Source: Octopus vulgaris
Lineage: Eukaryota
Reading direction: 5' to 3'
Assembly: GCA_951406725.2 (NCBI GenBank)
Contig: OX597831.1
Coordinates: forward strand, 58,218,001-58,282,000
DNA: 64,000 bases
Part shown: positions 53,416 through 64,000 of the stretch, one piece after another
How the letters are laid out: each line of letters opens with the position of its first letter
Numbering within the stretch: the stretch's first letter is position 1
Made by a program: the position numbers and the translations under genes
Notes under the pieces: generated by a model
Told to the model about the DNA's origin: nothing
The model's input: only the letters and a program-made list of their open reading frames with translations
Databases searched by the model: none

Positions 53416-54195
53416 TTATATTGTATAGAGGGCATTATTACACATAAATGCCACACGCTAGGAGGGACTCTTAAAATCATAACTACCAAATATAAACAAA
53501 TTGTACCGAATGCAATTCTCAAAGCGAGTCATTTAAAAACAGAATTTAGCTCCATATCACCTGTGATTTCGCAATTAACGCGTTATACGCGTCCCTTGCT
53601 CTCAGTGAAGCGAATCCCAAATATATCATAAATAAACAAAAACATCATAACAGGTGGACAACCATCGCCGTCATCGTAGTATATGGAAATGTTTACCCAT
53701 CATACATTTATGTAAATGGCGGGCTCTTTTGAATTGCATTTCGGGAGACAACGTGCTTTTTCGGAACAAATTTTAAAAATAGGATAAAATCTTAATAAGA
53801 AATCTTAACAAGATTTGACGGCGACGGTTGTCCACCTGGTATGATGTTTTTGTTTATTTATGATATATTTTGGATTCGCTTCACTGAAGAGCAAGGGACG
53901 CGTATAACGCGTTAATTGCGAAATCACAGGTGATATGGAGCTAAATTCTGTTTTTAAATTACTCGCTTTGAGAATTGCATTCGGTACAATTTGTTTATAT
54001 TTGGTAGTTATGACTTTAAGAGTCCCTCCTAGTGGGTGGCATTTATGTGTAATAATGCCCTCTATACAATATAAATAAATATTTTCAAAGAAAAAAATTA
54101 ACAGCTTTTTTCTCTTATGAGGTTTTTCACGCTAACTACTTGATAATTTCTTGTTAAGATTTCTTATTAAAATTTTATCCTATTTTTTAAATTTA
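53416..54195. mobile_element. Fold-back retrozyme-like element, ~473-nt permuted monomer, within (CTAT)/(TA)n
   Basis: 53416-53673 is approximately the reverse complement of 53816-54073; 53771-53813 is approximately the reverse complement of 54149-54191. Confidence 0.88.
53878..53941 (+). ncRNA. Type I hammerhead ribozyme, canonical core, AUA site (predicted cut after 53935)
   Basis: GCTTCA-CTGAAGA-GCAA gggACGCGTataACGCGTtaa TTGC-GAAA-TCAC ag GTGA-TA-TGGAGC; mirror copy at 53549-53611 has a 1-nt core deletion. Confidence 0.85.
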
Positions 54196-54241
54196 TATAT
54201 ATATATATATGTATATATACATGTATATATATGGATGTATG

Positions 54242-54298
<57 letters not shown>

Positions 54299-54723
54299 GT
54301 ATATATATATATATAGATGTATATGTATAGATGGATTTCTATAGACATACATGTACATGTATACATGTATGTCTAGATGTATATATATATAGATGTACAT
54401 GTAATATATACACATATATACATGCATACATATATACACCCATACATACACGTCCACCCCCACACACACATACATAGGTGCAGGTTTGGCTGTGTGCTAA
54501 CAGACTTTGTTCCAAAACAGATGATCCTCAGTTAAGTCCCAATGTGTGGTAACTTGGCATGTGTCTTCTGCCAAAGCCTCAGACCAACCAAAGCCTTGTC
54601 AAGAAAAATCAATTGTATGTATATGTATGTATATATGTAAGTCTATGTGTGTGTCTTTGTGTTTCTCCCTCATCACTGCTTCACAACTGGTCTACGTTTA
54701 TTTACATCCCCATATCTATCTAA

Positions 54724-54797
<74 letters not shown>

Positions 54798-54798
54798 G

Positions 54799-56219
<1,421 letters not shown>

Positions 56220-56897
56220 TCAAAGTTAAATGTAGAAGGAATGTACAAAACGAATATATAAAGGAACATGCAAAATGCTTTTTCTATTTTTTTTGTTTAA
56301 AAGAAAAGTTTTATGCATTATCTGGTGATAAGGTTATATACTATTAAAATGAATAGGGAAATACATAGTAAGTTTAGAACAAGATTTAATAAAATGCCTC
56401 GTTTTTTCCCGCAGGAAATAAAAACCCCAACATGAAAAACAGGGAATGAATTCACTCTAATTCCATTCAGTGATAGAAGTCATTTGAAAGACCAGAGTTA
56501 TATAATCGTTGTATACCACGATTAGGTTTCGTCACGTAAACCTTTACAAAGAAAAGACGATCAAGAAAGTAATATACACAATTACATGGAACCATTCAGT
56601 TGTAAATTAGAAAATGTAGTTTGTGGGGATTGATATTGATTGGGAATCTGAATGAGCAGGCGGATATCCAACATGAAAGGGGACCAGAAAAAACTGTTAA
56701 TAGGTCGGTGGTTCGTTTCGCTTCTCGTCATCACCATTTGCATAGTGTTTATAGTCGATATATTTCGCTTTCCGTGGCGGTGGTCATTAAGATCTCTATG
56801 AGTATTTCACGGTAAAGTAGTTCATTGCTTTAAACTGTAAGCATCAATCGTAGAGTAAAATTGATACAAGTCTCGTTCGCTGGTAGAGCTGATTTCA

Positions 56898-57128
56898 AGG
56901 CGGCGAGCTGGCAGAAACGTTAGCACGCCGGGCGAAATGCTTAGCGGTATTTCGTCTGCGTTACGTTGTGAGTTCAAATTCCGCCGAGGTCGACTTTGCC
57001 TTTCATCCTTTCGGGGTCGATAAATTAAGTACCAGTTACGCACTAGGGTCGATGTAATCGACTTAATACCCATGTCTGTCCTTGTTTGTCCCCTCTGTGT
57101 TTAGCCCCTTGTGGGTAATAAAGAAATA
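56898..57128 (+). mobile_element. SINE family B, full length
   Basis: TSD GGTAG(A/T)GCTGATTTCAA on both sides. Confidence 0.9.
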
Positions 57129-57589
57129 GGTAGTGCTGATTTCAACTCCTCTTCTGGAGAAAGTTATACTGAACTTACTTTTTACCTTTCTTACAACATA
57201 TCCAGATTCCATATCGGCTAAATAAGTTTTCAGTACTAATCACATCTATTAGCAAACTTTCTTTGAACAAAAAAAATAAACAGTAGTTAAGATATAACTA
57301 CTACTTTTTAGTAAGCATCTATGTCTTACATGTGCAGGCATGGAAACATTGTGTTCCAGAAAATCTTGCTGCAGCATGGAATCCTGTAATGAGAAATGTA
57401 TTCTTTATTTAGCTTCATACTCATTGACTCCCATGAAACATGGAAACAATGGAAATTAAGTTCCCATTGTTACATAGTTCTATTTCCACATTCCTGTATA
57501 TTCTGTTAGTCTGTAGTTGTTGTTGTGCAGAACTAGGCCAGCTCTACTCAAGCAAACCTGTGGCATGACCAAGTTTAAAAACTTCTGGA

Positions 57590-58090
57590 TCTCACTTATA
57601 AGGGAACCTTACATTGAGTATAAACTCAATATTTGGAAGGAACCATTTTTAACTCTGCTGGACTTTTGGACTTTACTCATAGGGTAGTGGAATATTACAT
57701 ATATACCATTCTGCCTAAAAAATGGATCTACAACTTCAATATCCCAACATATCTTGCATCTATTTTCTTTCCTCCACCTCACTCTCTATTTTGTATCACA
57801 TCTAAACTAACTATGACTTAACCATCCTCTCACACCGTCTCCGATGAAGGGATATAATTAATAAATATCCTGGAAACAACTGTAAGACTATCTATCTATA
57901 AATGTTCTAATATCTACACAGCCTTGTTTTTTTTTATCTCATTACGCAAAAAATTCTTAAATACACATACTGACATAGAACCAACGTTGAATCCCTTATT
58001 CGCAAAATTACCGAACCTGGAACTTAACTATGGTCTGTCTATATGGTCTGTCTATTACCTGACACCTTTGGGTCTCAATGACATCATTAT
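57590..58090 (+). mobile_element. Penelope-like segment with variant hammerhead (57837-57888)
   Basis: GTCT-CCGATGA-..-GAAA-CAACTG-TA-AGAC; homologous to 34643-34995; inverted fragment at 58347-58412. Confidence 0.65.
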
Positions 58091-58098
58091 CTCATATG

Positions 58099-58131
<33 letters not shown>

Positions 58132-58229
58132 GTATATGTGTGTGTGCGTGTGTGTGTATGCATATACAAGACATACATCTATATATCTATAGTTGAATAC
58201 ACACACAGACATATATGTGTCTATGTAGA

Positions 58230-58304
<75 letters not shown>

Positions 58305-58305
58305 G

Positions 58306-58336
<31 letters not shown>

Positions 58337-58785
58337 GATTCAGTTGAATATATATAATTAAGATTCAGTTGTAGATCCATTTTTTAGGCAGAATGGTATA
58401 TATGTAATATTCAACAAATTGAAGCACTAAGCCAATTCGGTATAGTCCTCACAGTTCCCAGTTAGGTGAACAGAATGTAAATAAATAACAAGGATGGCTA
58501 GGCCTCAATACATTACGGCCATTTCGAGCGGTTCCATTTAATCGATCACTGAAAACATTGCATCGATTTGAAAGAAACTGCTCTTCCCAGGTGCAGATGA
58601 CCATATAGATTTCCAACATGAAGGATAAATCATAAAAAAATACTAGAAACCAAAATAACTACATTGTTTCCTTATGTTATATTTGTGACAGAATGAGTTT
58701 ACAAAATAATCCATATCTTATCAAGCCTACTATAATTTAGAGAGTAGCAGAGGAAAATAACGGGGGGGGGGTCAAGAGATAGGTA

Positions 58786-59007
58786 TACTCTTTACTCTCT
58801 TTTTTACTCTTTTACTTGTTTCAGTCATTTGACTGCGGCCATGCTGGAGCACCACCTTTAATCGAGCAACTCGACCCCGGGACTTATTCTTTGTAAGCCC
58901 AGTACTTATTCTATCGGTCTCTTTTGCCGAACCGCTAAGGAACGGGGACATAATCACACCAGCATCGGTTGTCAAGCAATGCTAGGGGGACAAACACAGA
59001 CACACAA

Positions 59008-59050
<43 letters not shown>

Positions 59051-59222
59051 CATATATACGACGGGCTTCTTTCAGTTTCCGTCTACCAAATCCCCTCACA
59101 AGGCTTTGGTCGGTCCGAGGCTATAGTAGAAGACACTTGCCCAAGGTGCCACGCAGTGGGACTGAACCCGGAACCATGTGGTTGGTAAACAAGCTACTTA
59201 CCACACAGCCACTCCTGCGCCT
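58786..59222 (-). mobile_element. SINE family A, full length
   Basis: Complete head-to-tail match to family A. Confidence 0.9.
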
Positions 59223-59557
59223 ATATATACACACACACACATATATAGGTATGGTGAGATAGTTATTTATATTTAGAAGATTTTATGCAGCATGTAGTCT
59301 TCAACCACTTAGAATTAAATCCATTGGGAGTTGTCAACTGTGTTCTAGTTGATGGTGATAAATCAAATTATATCAGACAATCTCGCAGACCCTTATTTTA
59401 CTGGAACCATATATCTAGCTTTATCTACATAAAAGGATATGTCTCAGAGCTGCTAGTAAGAGAATCACTTAGCAAATTTACTATATCAAATTTAGAAAAA
59501 GAATTTAAATCAATATATAGGCGCAGGAGTGGCTGTGTGGTAAGTAGCTTTGCTAAC

Positions 59558-61764
59558 GCACATGCGCAATTAGTCAGCTGCTTCCTGTACAGCCAGAGTG
59601 GACGCGAGTCAATCAGCTCTGTCCAATTAAAGAAAAAAGACCAAAAACGGAAAGTTGTCGAGGTAAGTGATTTTGTTTATTGTGAGTTGGGCATAATTTA
59701 TTGCGTGCCAATTATTATTTCAGTAGGTTGTGTCCAACTCTGAGACAATTCCACCTGCTCTCGGCGGCTGCCGTTTTTGTGTTCATTGAAAAAAAAAAGA
59801 AAAAAAACAGTGGAGGGGCGTATCCTCAGAATTCAATACAGTTACTGTGTTTGGGTTTGTTGAATTTATTCCCTTGTCAGAGTACTTCGCAAGAAAATTA
59901 TAAAAATAAGCCACTATTGGATTACCTTTCGGACCCATTTTTGTGGAGGTTGTGTTGCAGTTGCGGCGTTCTAGGTTCAACCCAGGCCGGGAGTACCGCA
60001 AGGCCAGAATATTTTTGCTGTGTTTTTTCTGTTTATTAACTTTCTTTTGAACTTCATTTAACCCCCCCCTTTTGTTTTTTTCTTTATTGCGACTTTCCGT
60101 TAATTTCTTCCCTTCTGTTGTGCTTTCTCCTTTTTGTTTTTTCAAAAATCTATCAAATTTTATTTGGACTTTTGAACTTTTTCTTCCTGCTTTTGAGTTT
60201 AATTTGAATATATTTTTAAAAAAAACATGGCAATGAAAAATAACAAAATTTTGGAGTGGGAAATCATACCACCTAAAAAGTGGTTAAAAGACCGTGAAGA
60301 TGGGACGGTGGTGTTGAGAACCTACTCCAAAGCACTTGACACCATCGCCCTATTCGAAAAGACGGCAATTGAAAAGGAGTTGGAAGAGTATTTGCCAACA
60401 ATTAAATTCATTTCCAGGGGTGTCAAATATGCAACGGTGTGGTTGCTATTTGACACCCCTGAAGAGGCTTGCAAATTTGCTAGCAAACCCTTGGAGGGTA
60501 AGGAAATCTTATTCCTGCCCACGTACAAAAAAAAGAAATTGATGAAAGCTTGGATCTGCGGACTGCCACCCGACATAGAACCCGAGTGGATAGAGGAGAC
60601 TATCCGCCGGGGTCTGGGTGACAGCGAAACTAAGCTCCTCAATGTAAAAGTTCTTCCTGCGGCTGCTTGGGTTGGGTCAAAAGCAATTTTGACCCTGTGG
60701 ACCCAATCAGCCAATCTGGTTCTTCCAGATTTTTGAAAATGGCCGGGTGCAGGTACCCGGTGATGCTTGAGGGTCGCCCCCCTAAGTGTCATCGGTGCTT
60801 GGAGTCCGGCCACATAAAGAAGAACTGTCCTCGGGAACAAAATAGGATCCCGGAACAGTTAAGTAAAACCCCTCTAGAAGAGGGAACGATAACGGCCGAA
60901 AAAGCAGAGGACTCCTCAAACAGAGGCCGAAAGAGGAAGGTGAGCAACAATGGGTGCTCACCAAAGGATAATAGGGATGAGGAGAGGAAGGCGAATCTTC
61001 CAGCCACGGAGGAGACGCACCCTCCCTCAGTTGAAAAGGGAAAAAAAAAGAAAAAGAGGAAGAAAAACGGGACATTACCGGCTGTCAGTGTAGCACCGGA
61101 ATGTCGCGGAACTACGTCGGTTGGGGTTGTGCCACCGACAAGAGAAGGAATACCGTTGGCGGAAACTGTGCCGCCAACGAAAGAACTGAATGTATTGGTC
61201 CTCTTCTATAGAGGAGGAGAAATTGAAAAAGTGATGGAAGAGCACTACAAGGGAGCACCTTTAGCCTTCACACAGGACCCCGAATGGCCTCCGCAGGTAG
61301 CTGTGGAGGCCGTGGCGTTCGACGTGACGCTAGGGCTAAAGGAGCTCAATGAAGATTATAACTTGGTCCCGGGCGACGCGAACTCGGAACTTGACTACGT
61401 TCTGAGGGAGGCGTGGTTGATGGTGGAGGGCGCGGGCACAAGCTATTTCGAGGACGATATGTATTATTAGTAATGGACTTAAGTCCAAAAATTGAAAAAT
61501 TGTAAGAGGATTAATACCTCGTTTTGTATTAATAATGGACTGCTAAGTCCAAAAATTGGAAAAATTGTAAGAGGTTTAATACCTCATTTTGTGTTCATCT
61601 TTTTTAAAAAGAATAATGTTTTAGAGAAGCAAAAGTCGGCGGGCGCTTTCTGTCTTCTCCCATCCTTATCATCTTTCATTATCATTCACCTCATTAATGT
61701 CCTCGTCCAGCCCGCAAAGCTAACTTAATCTGTGTACTGCCTTTATGGCAAATGTTTTGAAATA
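59558..61764 (+). mobile_element. ORF1-only non-autonomous retrotransposon (HAL1-like 'half-LINE') inserted in a family A SINE
   Basis: TSD AAGTAGCTT(T)GCTAAC at 59542-59557 and 61765-61779; SINE head lies to the left and the SINE remainder to the right. Confidence 0.85.
60227..61470 (+). pseudogene. L1/Tx1-type ORF1 (gag-like, zinc knuckle), one frameshift near 60730
   Basis: ..ICGLPPDIEPEWI..LVLPDF / LKMAGCRYPVMLEGRPPKCHRCLESGHIKKNCP (CX2CX4HX4C), then a basic low-complexity linker. Confidence 0.8.
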
Positions 61765-61907
61765 AAGTAGCTTGCTAACCAACCACATGGTTCCGGGTTC
61801 AGTCCCACTGCGTGGCACCTTGGGCAAGTGTCTTCTGCTATAGCCCCGGGCCGACCAATGCCTTGTGAGTGGATTTGGTAGACGGAAACTGAAAGAAGCC
61901 TGTCGTA

Positions 61908-61944
<37 letters not shown>

Positions 61945-62148
61945 TCGTGTGTTTGTCCCCCTAGCATTGCTTGACAACCGATGCTGGTGTGTTTACGTCT
62001 CCGTCACTTAGCGGTTCGGCAAAAGAGACCGATAGAATAAGTACTGGGCTTACAAAAGAATAAGTCCCGGGGTCGATTTGCTCGACTAAAGGCGGTGCTC
62101 CAGCATGGCCGCAGTCAAATGACTGAAACAAGTAAAAGAGTAAAGAGT
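61765..62148 (+). mobile_element. SINE family A, 3' part (its head is at 59519-59557)
   Basis: Joining the two parts across the TSD reconstructs a full-length copy. Confidence 0.9.
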
Positions 62149-62555
62149 ATAGGAAATGGATAGAAATTAAACTTAAAACCTAACAATGGGATACTTTAAT
62201 ACGTAAGAGAAAGCTCATAAGGTCTTTCCTAAGCATATTGTTAAGGTGGTCGTGATAAAACCTTTCCACAATGAATGTAATGTTGAATTATATTATCATC
62301 TGAGTAGGAGTATTATAGTATATATTAAAGCAAAACAAGGATTATTATTCTCTTTAGAGGTGGATGAGTATAAGATATCGAAAATATGGAATCGAATGTA
62401 AGGGGTAATCTAATTAGAGTTATACTAAATGTATAATGGAGTACATGCGTATGTATGTAAGCATGTATGTATGTATGTATGCATGTATGTCTGTCTGTAT
62501 GTATGTATATATATATGTATATATATGTATATATATGTATATATATATATGTATA

Positions 62556-62604
<49 letters not shown>

Positions 62605-62605
62605 G

Positions 62606-63422
<817 letters not shown>

Positions 63423-63493
63423 ATATGTATATGAATATATATGTATATATATGTATATACATGTATATATATATATATGTATATATATATATG

Positions 63494-63602
<109 letters not shown>

Positions 63603-64000
63603 AATATCCATTTATATGAATAAACATATATATTTGCAGATATGTATGTTATGTTCAATGTAAAATTTTAGATGTCGCATATAAAAGCTGTCACTAAAAA
63701 AGGTAAATAACACACCAGGCAATAGTTGTTGTACGTTGTTTAGTAGAAGTTTCTGTATTTTTTCGTACCAAAACTGTACAATCTTACAAGTCATGGAAAC
63801 AAGAAAATATGTCAGCAAAAGTATTACAAATATCTAGGAAAACACGAAAAAAAATTGGAAAAGAAATAAATAAAAGAAAGAACATGAGACAAATATGAAT
63901 TCATTTCGACATCATAAACAACAGCATCCACAACAGAAAACATCAACAACAACAACAGCTACAAAAAAATATCAACAGTAATATCAGTAATAGCAGTAAC

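Overview
AT-rich eukaryotic genomic DNA with a very high microsatellite load. It is most consistent with an octopus-type cephalopod genome; this is inferred from the tRNA-derived SINE repertoire and the (TA)n/(CTAT)n/(AAT)n load, not from a database match. I recognise no host protein-coding gene, and most ORF-track entries are microsatellite or SINE read-throughs. The window is a transposon mosaic: four tRNA-headed SINE families with shuffled tails; two R4/Dong-like RLE-LINEs nested in (AAT)n; a Tx1/L1-like LINE with an RT deletion; a GC-rich RTE LINE; CR1/L2 and RTE relics; Tc1/mariner relics; a GG-TIR MITE with 8-bp TSDs and TTAGGG motifs; non-autonomous Helitrons; and a complete 2.2-kb ORF1-only ('half-LINE') retroelement. 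The most striking signal is not in the ORF track: roughly eight non-coding sequence families carry type I hammerhead-ribozyme motifs, some canonical and some U3-A8 or otherwise variant. Several are integrated as 'tails-out' inverted pairs, usually at (TA)n. Three show terminal redundancy or circular permutation that defines monomers of about 352, 473 and 507 nt. This looks like a diversified retrozyme / non-autonomous Penelope-like system. All structures were folded by eye and need computational and experimental confirmation.
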